NCBI GenBank assembly: GCA_963706325.1 | Contig: CAVPLT010000007.1 | Location: 704,001 to 768,000, forward strand | DNA length: 64,000 nt | From: an uncultured Nitrospiraceae bacterium | GTDB taxonomy: Bacteria > Nitrospirota > Nitrospiria > Nitrospirales > Nitrospiraceae | Direction: 5' to 3' | In this document: positions 1 to 10,680 of the stretch, one piece after another | How positions within the stretch are numbered: the stretch's first letter is position 1 | How the letters are laid out: each line of letters opens with the position of its first letter | The notes under the pieces: model-generated | Databases searched by the model: none | What the model was told of the DNA's origin: nothing | Seen by the model: the letters and a program-made list of their open reading frames with translations, nothing else | Position numbers and translations under genes: made by a program

Positions 1-292
1 TCACTTTGGCGGACGGCAGTCGATCTCCTTCGATCCGATGGGACAATTGGCCACCAAACTGGGAGCGGCGGGATTGTCACCGGCGGAAATTCAGGCCAAG
101 CTTGGATTCTTAATTAGGCAAGAGGCCGCAATCCTTGGCCTCAACGACGCCTTTTTCGTGGCGAGTTTCATGTTTGTCGGATTGGGCATCCTCGTGTGGT
201 TCGCTCATCCGACACATTTGCCTGTGACGCCAACTCCCGCCGAAGACCTTCGCCAGCGGCGCGCTGAGGAATTGATTGAGGAGGTGCCATGA
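1..292 (+). CDS. DHA2/EmrB-type MFS efflux permease, C-terminal fragment (gene starts before window)
   Basis: ...LIRQEAAILGLNDAFFVASFMFVGLGILVWFA resembles the EmrB last-TM region; stop overlaps the next gene (ATGA); followed by OMF and EmrA-like genes. Confidence 0.75.
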   Translation, partial: HFGGRQSISFDPMGQLATKLGAAGLSPAEIQAKLGFLIRQEAAILGLNDAFFVASFMFVGLGILVWFAHPTHLPVTPTPAEDLRQRRAEELIEEVP

Positions 293-1797
293 GATCGTAT
301 TCAACGACTGCGCGGCGGTTGACACTCTGTCTCCGCATCAGCTGCGCGCTGCTCCTCGGTGGTTGTGCGTGGATCCCGAAGGGCGATCCGCCCGCGCAAT
401 ATCTCGAACCAGTGGAAATGACGGAGACCTTGGCGGAGGTCACGAGCCGCCTCCAGAAGTGGCCTGAAGACCACTGGTGGGAACAGTTCGGCAATCCAGA
501 GCTCAATGGATTAATCGAGCAGGCCCTCAAGGACAATCCAGGCTTGAAGCACGCGGCCGCACGGTTGCGGCAAGCCACATCGCTCGTAAAGGTCGAAGGT
601 GCGCGGCTGTTGCCGTTTTTAGAAGCCGATGCCTCACTGACCTATGAGCGCATATCACAGCATGGCGTGTTTGCGGCCCTGAACCCGGAAGTGGCCGGCA
701 TCAAAATTATGTACGGGATCATCAACCCCTTGAGCTTCCGGTATGAATTCGATTTCTGGGGTAAGAATCGCGCCATGCTGGAGGCCGCCTTGGGACATGC
801 TGCGGCCGAAGAGGCGGAAACAGCGGAGGTCCGCCTGCGTTTAACCACTGGTATTGCCCGCGCCTATTTCCGTGGACAGGCGCTTCAACAACAACTCGCT
901 ATCGTCAAAACGATTGTCCGCATCCGCCGGGATCTCAAAACGCTCGCGGAGACACGATTCCGTCTGGGGCTTGATAATGACCAGCCCGTCAAACTTGCCG
1001 CGGCCGATTATGAGGCGGCATTCAAGCGTCAAGCGGCGATTCGCGATCAACTTGACGTGCAGCGTCACTTGCTGGCGCGATTGGCCGGAAAAGGGCCGGA
1101 TGAGGCGGCCCATCTCTTCGCGAAACCGAAAGTGATCGTCCCGAGTCAGATTGCAGCGCCCGATCATCTGTCCATAGGGCTGCTGGTCCATCGCCCCGAT
1201 TTGGCCTCAGCGCTCTACCGGGCTCATGCTGCCTCTCGCATGGTCAGAGTGGCGACGACGCAGTTCTATCCCACGATTGATTTGACGGGGTTCATAGGGT
1301 TCAACGCCCTGACATTAGCCAAGGGGACCGACAAGCTCGCCAATTTTCTTTTCAGCGGCCAGAGCTTGAGCTATGGACTGGCCCCCGGACTGCGCATGCC
1401 TTGGTTCGAGGGCGGCAGACTCCGTGGTGAATTGGGAGCGCAACGGGCCGAATATGATGCGGCCGTGGAACTCTACAATGACACCCTGCTGGATGCCATG
1501 CGGGAAGTGGCCGATAGTCTGAGCGCCTGGCAAACCACCAACGAGATCATGGCCTCGCACAAACGGCTGGTGGCTTCGTTGGGTGATGATTGGCGCTTGG
1601 CAAAGATACGACTCGTGAATGGTCTTGATGATGATCGCGAGGTGCTCAGGCATCGGTACCCGGTCTTGGAGCAGGAGTATGCGTTAAGGGCTCTGGAAAG
1701 CGACCAATTGGTTGCAGCCGTCGATTTGATCGAATCGTTGGGAGGCGGATATCACAATCCCGACATAGAAAAACGACCGAAACACAATCCGAGTTAA
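289..1797 (+). CDS. Efflux outer membrane lipoprotein (NodT/TolC family)
   Basis: Lipobox LLLGGC; WWEQFGNPELNGLIEQALKDNP, HRPDL and LGGG motifs typical of NodT-family OMFs. Confidence 0.9.
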   Translation: MRSYSTTARRLTLCLRISCALLLGGCAWIPKGDPPAQYLEPVEMTETLAEVTSRLQKWPEDHWWEQFGNPELNGLIEQALKDNPGLKHAAARLRQATSLVKVEGARLLPFLEADASLTYERISQHGVFAALNPEVAGIKIMYGIINPLSFRYEFDFWGKNRAMLEAALGHAAAEEAETAEVRLRLTTGIARAYFRGQALQQQLAIVKTIVRIRRDLKTLAETRFRLGLDNDQPVKLAAADYEAAFKRQAAIRDQLDVQRHLLARLAGKGPDEAAHLFAKPKVIVPSQIAAPDHLSIGLLVHRPDLASALYRAHAASRMVRVATTQFYPTIDLTGFIGFNALTLAKGTDKLANFLFSGQSLSYGLAPGLRMPWFEGGRLRGELGAQRAEYDAAVELYNDTLLDAMREVADSLSAWQTTNEIMASHKRLVASLGDDWRLAKIRLVNGLDDDREVLRHRYPVLEQEYALRALESDQLVAAVDLIESLGGGYHNPDIEKRPKHNPS

Positions 1798-1801
1798 ATC
1801 T

Positions 1802-3349
1802 ATGACAACCACAACTGCAGGTATGTCGCATGCTTCCCCATCTCCCGGTGGACCTCCGTCGGCTGGCCCCTATCGCATCCATCCGAAGGCCATTCGCGCG
1901 CGTCGGAACCGACGCTTACTGGTGGTGGCCGGCTTGGTCTTGATTGCTACCATCGGGTACTTGATCTACTGGTATACCCATGATCGCTTTTGGATACGAA
2001 CCGACAATGCCTATGTCACGGGCAACCTTGTTCCAGTGGCCGCGCAGGCCTCTGGAATCGTGACGCAGGTATTGGCAGAAGAGACTCAATTTGTGAATCG
2101 AGGGGACCTGATGATTCGGCTGGATGAGCATCAGGCCTATGCCGCGTTGGGACGAGCCCGCGGTCGGTTAGGCGAAGAAGTGCGGCGTATTGCGGCGCTG
2201 TTTATCACCCGCAAACAGGTGACGGAGAAATTGCGGTCCCGCACCGCTCGGTTGGACTTGGCTGAGCATGACATGGAACGCTATCAACGAGCTTCTCCAA
2301 GCGGCGCGATTTCCAAACAAATCTTGCAAAATACTGCGGATAAAGTTTCGAGCCTGGACGCGGAAGTACGTGAGACGCAGGCCGAGCTGGATTCGCTCGA
2401 AGCGCAGATCGGCGGCACGACGGTCATGGCCCATCCGGCCGTTGATCTAGCCAAACATCAACTGATCGAAGCGCACTTGGAATATGCGCGCCAACAGATT
2501 CGTGCTCCGATATCGGGATATGTCGCCAAACGAAAAGCGCAGGTCGGAGATCGCGTCCATCCGGGCGCCTTGCTGATGACGATCGTGCCGTTGGATCACC
2601 TATGGGTGGAGGCGAATCTGCGCGAAACCGAACTGCAACACGTGCGTCCCGGGCAGCCGGCATTGGTGAACGTGAATCTATACGGATCAAAACAAACTTT
2701 CCATGGCACGGTCGAGGGGCTGGTGCCAGGTAGCGGCAGCGCGTTCGCTTTGCTGCCGCCCGATAATTCAACCGGCAACTTTATTCACATCGTCGAACGA
2801 GTGCCGGTGCGTATCGCGTTACCGGCCGATGAACTTCGGGAACATCCGATCCGGCCGGGCTTGTCGACCGTGACCAGTATTAACATCACCGAGTCGGGGC
2901 AGTCCGTGTGGACTTCCTTAGCCACCCCCTCCACGGCAGAGTATGAAACCGACGTTTATGCTGATGAGTTGCCCACTGCGGAAGCTATGGCGAAGGAAGT
3001 AGTGGCGACCAATTTGGTGGTGAATGATCGCGGGGCAGCGGTTGATTCGTTGCTTGAAGAGGAAGAGGGACTCGAGAGGAGTGTTCCGAGGAAGGAGAAA
3101 TTACCACTGCCTTCCGAAAGTCGAACTTCGTCGAGCCTCGACCGGAGGCGCGATCGTCGGGAGGGGATGTCGAACTCATTTGTTCCGAGACGAAGTCCCG
3201 ATCTGGGGGCGACAACCTTTCCTCTTACTCCTTCAATCGGTCCAGGCTCAGGATCGTTGGGTCCTGAAGCGGGGCGCAGTCCTTCGCGATTAAGATCGGG
3301 GTTTGAAATGGACGAGGGCAGGCGTCCGTTGGGCAGCGGTCGGCATTAA
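1802..3349 (+). CDS. EmrA/HlyD-family membrane fusion protein with long low-complexity C-terminal tail
   Basis: N-terminal TM, TDNAYVTGN, IRAPISG, WVEANLRET, GSAFALLPPDNSTGNFIHIVERVPVRI. Confidence 0.9.
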   Translation: MTTTTAGMSHASPSPGGPPSAGPYRIHPKAIRARRNRRLLVVAGLVLIATIGYLIYWYTHDRFWIRTDNAYVTGNLVPVAAQASGIVTQVLAEETQFVNRGDLMIRLDEHQAYAALGRARGRLGEEVRRIAALFITRKQVTEKLRSRTARLDLAEHDMERYQRASPSGAISKQILQNTADKVSSLDAEVRETQAELDSLEAQIGGTTVMAHPAVDLAKHQLIEAHLEYARQQIRAPISGYVAKRKAQVGDRVHPGALLMTIVPLDHLWVEANLRETELQHVRPGQPALVNVNLYGSKQTFHGTVEGLVPGSGSAFALLPPDNSTGNFIHIVERVPVRIALPADELREHPIRPGLSTVTSINITESGQSVWTSLATPSTAEYETDVYADELPTAEAMAKEVVATNLVVNDRGAAVDSLLEEEEGLERSVPRKEKLPLPSESRTSSSLDRRRDRREGMSNSFVPRRSPDLGATTFPLTPSIGPGSGSLGPEAGRSPSRLRSGFEMDEGRRPLGSGRH

Positions 3350-3618
3350 CTGCGTGTCGCAGAATCGGCGTACCCCACACGGCGGCGGGGTGCTGCAGCC
3401 GGCGCCACATTATTTTTTGATGAAGATTCGGAAAGCATCTGGAATAAGAAATCCAGCCATCCTATGATGCCGCAAGCGCTCCCAGCCGCACCGACCGACA
3501 TATAAGGCCTTCCTGGAGGTCTGCATCTTCCTTCGCCTCTCCTGACGGCCGTTCGCTTCAGTACGCACGTCATTGCGCGGTCCGCAGACAGTCATGTTTT
3601 GGAAAGAGGAAGCACGGC

Positions 3619-5139
3619 GTGCATAACGTTGCACTCAACTATCGGACCCTGTTGTCAGTTACCAATGTGCTGAATTCCCAGCGTAACCGGCAGAGTCTGT
3701 TTCGCGCCATCACAGAGCAGTTAACGAAGGTGGTTCGTTGGGAACGTGCAGGAATCACCGTGTACGATTTGCAGTCGGACGCGTTCCGGTTTTATGCGGT
3801 AGAAACGAACCTGCCCAAAGTGGTGCTCCGAAGCGACGCGATGATTCCTCGCGCTCAGAGCGCGGTGGGCTGGGTCTATGATCATCATCGTGTGCATGTG
3901 CGGCCTCGCCTTCAGGAGGAACGGTTGTTCATCGAGGATGAGTGCTACCTGGAGGAAGGCCTGGGTCGCATGATCAACCTTCCGATGGTGGTTCAGGAGG
4001 CCTGCCTAGGAACCTTGAATATCGGCAGCGTTGAGGCCGGCCTTCCTGATCCTGACGATGTTGATTTTCTGCAGCAGGTGGCCACGCAGATCGGGTTTGC
4101 CATTGCTCAGGTCAATGCCTATGAGGAGATCAACCGCCTGAAGGAACAATTGGCGCGGGAAAATGTGTATCTGGCTGAAGAGTTGAAGGCGACGCAAGAC
4201 TTCGGCATCGTTGTGGGCGGAAGCCAGGCGTTTGAGCAGGTGCTGGCGCTCGCGCGACAGGCGGCGCCCACGAGCGCGACGGTCATGGTGACCGGCGATA
4301 CCGGTACCGGCAAGGAAGTCCTGGCGCGGGCTATCCATGAAAGAAGCCTACGCCGGGATCGAGCGTTCGTTCGGCTGAATTGCGCGGCGCTCCCGTCAGG
4401 ATTGATTGAGAGTGAATTGTTTGGCCACGAGCGGGGCGCTTTTACGGGCGCTGAACATCAACGTATCGGCCGCTTTGAACTCGCTGATGGGGGCACGTTG
4501 TTTCTGGACGAGATCGGGGAAATGCCGCTCGACGCGCAGGCCAAACTCTTACGCGTGCTTCAGGATGGTCTCGTCGATCGAGTCGGTGGCGCCAAGTCCA
4601 TTCCGGTCGATGTTCGGGTGATTGCAGCCACGAACGCCGACTTACATAAGGCTATCCTGCAGGGGCGTTTCCGAAGCGATTTATTCTACCGGCTGAATGT
4701 CTTTCCCATTCACATGCCTCCGTTAAGAGAACGCCCTGAAGATATTCCGGTCCTGGCCCGACATTTCCTTCGGTTCCATGCCCAGCGGCTGAAGCGTGGT
4801 TGTGAGGACTTCGACGGGCCATCGATGGAGCGATTGGTGCAATATGATTGGCCCGGAAATGTTCGAGAGCTTGAGAACATGGTAGAGCGTGGATTGATCC
4901 TGTGCCACGATCGATTGTTACGTATCGATCCGACTATGGTGAACGTGCATACATCCACCGGATCAAACCCTCGACGAACGCTGCAAGACGAGGAACGTCG
5001 GCACATCCTGCAGGCCCTTACCTTGCTGGAGTGGCGAATAGAAGGGCCGGGCGGAGCGGCAGAGCGGTTGGGACTGGCCCCGAGCACACTACGTAGCCGA
5101 TTGCGGAAACTCGGCGTTCGACGACCGTCCAGAAATTAG
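3619..5139 (+). CDS. Sigma-54-dependent transcriptional activator (GAF-AAA+-Fis HTH; FhlA/NifA-like)
   Basis: GDTGTGKE Walker [33 protein letters not shown]-terminal [24 protein letters not shown] start after AGAGGA. Confidence 0.93.
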   Translation: MHNVALNYRTLLSVTNVLNSQRNRQSLFRAITEQLTKVVRWERAGITVYDLQSDAFRFYAVETNLPKVVLRSDAMIPRAQSAVGWVYDHHRVHVRPRLQEERLFIEDECYLEEGLGRMINLPMVVQEACLGTLNIGSVEAGLPDPDDVDFLQQVATQIGFAIAQVNAYEEINRLKEQLARENVYLAEELKATQDFGIVVGGSQAFEQVLALARQAAPTSATVMVTGDTGTGKEVLARAIHERSLRRDRAFVRLNCAALPSGLIESELFGHERGAFTGAEHQRIGRFELADGGTLFLDEIGEMPLDAQAKLLRVLQDGLVDRVGGAKSIPVDVRVIAATNADLHKAILQGRFRSDLFYRLNVFPIHMPPLRERPEDIPVLARHFLRFHAQRLKRGCEDFDGPSMERLVQYDWPGNVRELENMVERGLILCHDRLLRIDPTMVNVHTSTGSNPRRTLQDEERRHILQALTLLEWRIEGPGGAAERLGLAPSTLRSRLRKLGVRRPSRN

Positions 5140-5193
5140 ATCTTCTCTCCGCACCGTTTTCCTATCAATTACTTCCCCTTTGAACCTACCATC

Positions 5194-5243
5194 CCACGAG
5201 TATTCGTGGTGGCGCCGTGGTTTCCCACCACGCTTCTTCGTGG
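5194..5243. promoter_or_regulatory. Tandem palindromes CCACG-N6-CGTGG (5194-5209, 5228-5243): candidate upstream activator sequence for nxrA
   Basis: CCACG-AGTATT-CGTGG and CCACG-CTTCTT-CGTGG, 34 bp apart, about 95-140 bp upstream of the -24 element. Confidence 0.6.
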
Positions 5244-5335
5244 GTGTTGTGCGTCCCTTCATCAGATTCATTCGTCACCAATTTCTGTCGTCAATTATTT
5301 CAACGACATAGACGACCTGAGACAAATCGCGCTCG

Positions 5336-5351
5336 TGGCACACGAGGTGCA
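5336..5351 (+). promoter_or_regulatory. Sigma-54 -24/-12 promoter of nxrAB
   Basis: TGGCAC-ACGAG-GTGCA has the GG-N10-GC spacing; lies directly downstream of a sigma-54 activator gene. Confidence 0.7.
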
Positions 5352-5590
5352 CAAGCGGTTGTCGTGATTTTTTATTCTCTTACTCTTTTAGCCGAGGAAC
5401 GTGGTTCCTCGCGCAGGGGACTGCGCGCCGTGGCGTCGCTGTGTGACCGGCCACTCGTGCGGCGGTGGAACCATGCGTCTGGAAGGGGGGGCTGTGTTCG
5501 TCATCCTGCTCCGGTCATCGGGGAAGTTGTCTGCGGCGCCATGGAGTGTGGCGCCGGTAGGGTGTCCTGTCTTCATATGAGGAGGTATTC

Positions 5591-8500
5591 ATGATGCAGT
5601 TATCGCGCAGGCAGTTCTTGAAGGTCTCGGCGGGTACGGTTGCCGTGGCAGCCATTGCCGACAAGGCCTTGGCGTTGACCGCGCTGCAACCAGTCGTCGA
5701 GGTCGATAATCCGTTGGGTGAATATCCTGACCGGTCGTGGGAGCGTGTCTATCACGATCAGTATCGATATGACTCATCCTTTACCTGGTGCTGTTCACCG
5801 AACGATACCCATGCCTGTCGTATCCGGGCTTTCGTTCGAAACGGCGTCGTGATGCGCGTCGAACAGAACTATGACCACCAGACGTACGAAGATCTCTACG
5901 GCAACCGCGGCACGTTCGCGCATAACCCGCGCATGTGCTTGAAGGGATTCACCTTCCATCGCCGCGTGTACGGTCCCTATCGCTTGAAGGGTCCGTTGAT
6001 GCGGAAGGGCTGGAAGCAGTGGATGGACGACGGTTCTCCGGAGCTGACGTCGGACATCAAGCGCAAGTACAAATTCGACAGCCGTTTTCTCGACGATATG
6101 GTCCGGGTGTCCTGGGACACCGCATTTACGTATGTGGCTAAAGGGCTGGTCGTCATTTCGACCCGTTACAGCGGCGAGGCCGGCGCGCGTCGGCTCCGTG
6201 AGCAGGGCTATGCGCCGGAAATGATCGAAATGATGAAGGGCGCGGGCGTACGGACCTTCAAACATCGAGCCGGTATGCCGATTCTTGGCATGATGGGCAA
6301 ACATGCCAATACGAGATTTAATAATTGTGTGTTGCCGTTATTGGACAGTTGGATTCGCAAGGTGAATCCGGATCAAGCGCAAGGTGGTCGGTACTGGAAC
6401 AATTATACGTGGCACGGCGATCAAGATCCTTCGCAACCCTGGTGGAATGGAACTCAGAACTGCGACGTTGACCTTTCCGACATGCGCTTCACCAAGCTAA
6501 ACACCAGCTGGGGTAAGAACTTCGTCGAAAACAAAATGCCGGAAGCGCACTGGAAACTTGAAAGCATGGAGCGTGGAGCTCGACTGGTCGTGATTACCCC
6601 GGAATACAATCCGACCGCCAGCCGTGCGGATTACTGGATTCCGGTCCGGCCTGAGACGGACGGCGCCCTGTTTCTGGGCGCGTGCAAAATCATCCTCGAT
6701 GAAAACTACCAGGACATGAATTTCATCAAGGAATTTACCGATATGCCGTTGTTGGTCAGGACGGATACCTTGCAGTACCTGGACCCGCACGAGGTGCTGA
6801 AGGACTATCGGTTACCCGATTTTTCGAAGTCGTACTCCGGCAGGGTGCAAGGTTTAACGAAGGAGAATATCCAACGACTCGGGGGCATGATGGTGTGGGA
6901 TTTGGCGAAGGGCCATGCGGTGCCACTGCACCGGGAGCAGGTCGGTCATCACATGGCCCAGAGTGGTATTGATCCGGCGTTGACCGGCACGTATCGGGTG
7001 AAATTGCTCAACGGGCGCGAAGTCGACGTCATGCCGATTTACCAGATGTATACGATCCATCTGCAGGATTACGATCTCGATACCGTGCACCAGGTGAATC
7101 GTTCGCCGAAAGACCTCATCGTGCGCTGGGCGCGGGATTCCGGCACTGTCAAGCCGGCGGCCATTCACAATGGTGAAGGGGTCTGCCACTATTTCCATAT
7201 GACCTCCATGGGACGCGCCGCGGCATTGGTGATGATGTTGACGGGCAACATCGGCAAGTTCGGCACGGGCTGCCATACCTGGTCCGGTAACTACAAGGTC
7301 GGCATTTGGCAAGCCGCGCCTTGGTCCGGCGCCGGCGCCAGCGTCTATCTCGGAGAAGATCCCTGGAATCTGAATCTCAATCAGGACTCCCATGGCAAGG
7401 AGATCAAATATCGGAAATACTATTATGGCGAGGAGCCGGGGTACTGGAACCACGGCGACAACGCGTTGATCGTCAACACCCCGAAGTACGGGCGTAAAGT
7501 GTTCACCGGCAAGACTCACATGCCGAGCCCGAGCAAAGTCCGCTGGGTCGTAAACGTCAATATTCTCAACAACGCCAAACACCACTATGACATGGTGAAA
7601 AACGTCGACCCGAACATTGAGATGCTGGTGACGCAGGACATCGAGATGACCTCGGACGTGAACCATGCGGACGTCGCCTTTGCCGTGAATTCATGGATGG
7701 AGTTCACCTATCCGGAAATGACCGCCACGGTCTCCAATCCGTGGGTGCAGATCTGGAAGGGCGGGATCCGCCCGTTGTATGACACGAGAAACGACCTCGA
7801 CAGTTTCGCGGGCGTGGCGGCGAAGCTCAAAGAGGTCACCGGTGAACACCGGATGGCCGATACCTATAAATTTGTGTATCAGAATCGTGTGGATATTTAC
7901 GTGCAACGCATTCTGGACGCCTCGAGCACGTTCTTCGGCTACAGTGCTGACGTGATGTTGAAGTCGGAAAAGGGCTGGATGGTCATGTGCCGGACCTATC
8001 CGCGGCATCCGCTCTGGGAAGAGACCAATGAGTCCAAGCCGCATTGGACGCGATCGGGACGTTTGGAAACCTATCGCGTCGAGCCGGAGGCGATCGAATA
8101 CGGGGAAAACTTTATTTCACATCGGGAAGGCCCGGAGTGTACTCCCTATATGCCGAACGCCATTATGACGAGCAATCCCTACGTCCGGCCCGAAGATTAT
8201 GGAATTCCGATCACGGCGCAGCACCACGATGATAAGACGGTGCGGAACATCAAGCTGCCATGGTCGGAAATCAAGCAGCATTCCAATCCATTGTGGGAAA
8301 AGGGCTACCAGTTCTACTGTGTGACGCCCAAGACCCGGCACCGGGTGCACAGCCAATGGTCGGTAAACGACTGGGTGCAGATTTATGAGTCGAACTTCGG
8401 CGATCCGTACCGGATGGACAAACGGACGCCTGGTGTCGGTGAACATCAAATTGCACATCAATCCGCAGGCGGCAAAAGACCGCGGTATCAACGACGGCGA

Positions 8501-9033
8501 CTATTGTTATGTCGACGGGAACCCGGTGGACCGGCCCTATCGTGGCTGGAAACCTTCGGATCCGTTCTATAAAGTCGTCCCGTTTGATGATCCGGGCCAA
8601 GTACAATCCAGCCTATCCGTACCACGTCACGATGGCGAAGCATGCTCCGTACGTGTCGACGGCCAAGTCGGTGAAGGGCCACGAGACGCGGCCGGACGGA
8701 CGCGCCATCGCGGTCGATACCGGCTATCAGTCCAACTTTCGGTACGGCGCGCAACAGTCATTTACGAGGAGCTGGCTCATGCCGATGCACCAGACCGACT
8801 CATTGCCGGGCAAGCAGGCGAATGCGTTGAAGTTCAAGTGGGGATTCGAAATCGATCACCACGCGGTCAACACGGTACCGAAGGAATGCTTGATCCGCAT
8901 CACGAAGGCGGAAGACGGCGGCATCGGAGCCCGTGGGCCCTGGGAACCAGTCCGGACCGGGTTCACGCCGGGTCAGGAAAACGAGTTCATGATCAAGTGG
9001 CTCAAAGGGGAACATATCAAGATCAAGGTCTAA
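5591..9033 (+). CDS. nxrA: Nitrite oxidoreductase alpha subunit (Nitrospira-type, periplasmic), interrupted by two +1 frameshifts (~8450 and ~8577); sequencing error or pseudogene
   Basis: TAT motif SRRQFLK; Fe-S motif CSPNDTHAC...RMC; protein continues [21 protein letters not shown] in the 8385 frame, then [11 protein letters not shown]...KGEHIKIKV in the 8509 frame; repaired length 1146 aa; SD GGAGG. Confidence 0.93.
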
Positions 9034-9050
9034 GGATCGAGGCGCAAACA

Positions 9051-9070
9051 TTAAGAGGATGGCCTCTTAA
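9051..9070 (+). other. Intercistronic hairpin between nxrA and nxrB
   Basis: TTAAGAGG-ATGG-CCTCTTAA perfect 8-bp stem, no U-tract. Confidence 0.45.
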
Positions 9071-9143
9071 CGACTTCGGTCTCAGTACTTGAAACGAATG
9101 CGAACCAATAATCACAGGATCATGTTCAGAAGGAGGAGTTACA

Positions 9144-10433
9144 ATGCCAGAAGTCTATAACTGGCAACTGGGACGGAAGATGCTGTATCCGTATGAGGAG
9201 CGGCATCCGAAGTGGCAGTTTGCCTTTGTGTTCAACATCAATCGCTGTTTGGCCTGTCAGACCTGTTCGATGGCCGACAAGTCGACCTGGCTCTTTTCGA
9301 AGGGGCAGGAGTACATGTGGTGGAACAACGTGGAGACCAAGCCCTACGGCGGGTATCCGCAGTTCTACGACGTGAAGATCACGCAGCTCGTCGAGCAAGT
9401 GAACCCGGGCGGGCAGGTGTGGAACGTGCGCGTGGGCCGCAAGCACCATGCGCCGTACGGGGTGTTCGAAGGGATGACCATTTTCGACGCCGGGGCCAAA
9501 GTGGGCCAGGCGGCGATCGGGTACATTCCGACCGACCAGGAATGGCGGTTCGTGAACATTTATGAAGACACGGCGACGTCGATGCGGGCCATTGTCGAGA
9601 ACATCGACAAGTCGGGCTTTACGCGGGACGAACCGTGGCGGCTCTCCGGCTCAAGCTTGCCGGAACACGAGACGTATTTCTTCTATCTGCAGCGGATCTG
9701 CAACCACTGCACCTATCCGGGCTGCCTCGCGGCCTGCCCGCGGAAGGCGATCTACAAGCGGCCGGAAGACGGCATTGTGTTGATCGACCAGAACCGATGT
9801 CGCGGGTACAAGAAGTGCGTGGAGCAGTGTCCCTATAAGAAGCCGATGTACCGGGGCACGACCCGGGTGTCGGAGAAGTGTATCGCCTGTTATCCGCGGA
9901 TCGAAGGCAAGGATCCGCTGACGGGCGGCGAGCCGATGGAAACGCGCTGCATGGCGGCCTGCGTGGGCAAGATCCGCATGCAGTCGTTGATGCGGATCGG
10001 CGAGGACGGCCTGTGGGCCGAAGACCGCTGGCATCCCCTGTACTACGCGATTCGCGTAGAGCAGGTGGCCTTGCCCCTGTATCCACAGTGGGGCACCGAG
10101 CCCAACGGCTTCTACATTCCGCCGCGACACAGCCCGCGTGGGTATGCGCGGCAGATGTTCGGCCCGGGCGTGGACAACGCCATCGAGAAGTATCTTGTGC
10201 CGAGTCGGGAACTGTTGGCCGTCCTCCAGCTCTGGAGAGCGAGCCAGCAGATCATCTTCCGGTACGACGTCATTCCGGGTCCGAAAGTGTTTGAAACCCA
10301 GATCCACGGGAAGCGGTTCGATATGTACAACGATACCGTGTTGGGCTTCAACAAGTCGGGCAAGGAAGTGGCGCGCATCCAGGTCGAAGAGCCGATCTAT
10401 ATTCGACCGGCCGAACGCGTGAACTGGTTGTAA
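9144..10433 (+). CDS. nxrB: Nitrite oxidoreductase beta subunit (Fe-S)
   Basis: MPEVYNWQLGR N-terminus; CLACQTCSMAD, CNHCTYPGCLAAC, CRGYKKCVEQC, CIACYP...CMAAC; 429 aa; SD AAGGAGG. Confidence 0.97.
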   Translation: MPEVYNWQLGRKMLYPYEERHPKWQFAFVFNINRCLACQTCSMADKSTWLFSKGQEYMWWNNVETKPYGGYPQFYDVKITQLVEQVNPGGQVWNVRVGRKHHAPYGVFEGMTIFDAGAKVGQAAIGYIPTDQEWRFVNIYEDTATSMRAIVENIDKSGFTRDEPWRLSGSSLPEHETYFFYLQRICNHCTYPGCLAACPRKAIYKRPEDGIVLIDQNRCRGYKKCVEQCPYKKPMYRGTTRVSEKCIACYPRIEGKDPLTGGEPMETRCMAACVGKIRMQSLMRIGEDGLWAEDRWHPLYYAIRVEQVALPLYPQWGTEPNGFYIPPRHSPRGYARQMFGPGVDNAIEKYLVPSRELLAVLQLWRASQQIIFRYDVIPGPKVFETQIHGKRFDMYNDTVLGFNKSGKEVARIQVEEPIYIRPAERVNWL

Positions 10434-10441
10434 TAAGTTTA

Positions 10442-10481
10442 CGGCGGTTGGGAGGAGTTCAATGCTTTCTCCCAACCGTCG
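10442..10481 (+). terminator. Stem-loop after nxrB (possible terminator or 3' stabiliser)
   Basis: CGGTTGGGAG (10445-10454) pairs with CTCCCAACCG (10469-10478); U-tract weak. Confidence 0.5.
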
Positions 10482-10680
10482 CCTTGTGACTCATCTTGCG
10501 GACCAGCGGTGTATTGATGTGGACGCGATAGCGTTTGGCGTTGTCCAATCGCCGCGGTTCTAGCAAAATTCTCTTGCAGCCTTCCATCCTATCGTGAAGC
10601 AGGCTCCGCCGAAAAGCGAAGCGCACTTGGATGCTCGCGTCCGAACCATTGAGCCGATTAGAAAGCATCACACGCATTTG

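Noticed and set aside
6854..7666. Long antisense ORFs (e.g. 6854-7666, 9651-10475, 25244-26170, 57028-57879)
   Set aside because: Shadow frames of well-supported genes, expected from GC-rich codon bias
8385..9092. ORFs 8385-9092 and 8509-9033 as separate genes
   Set aside because: They are the frameshifted continuations of nxrA
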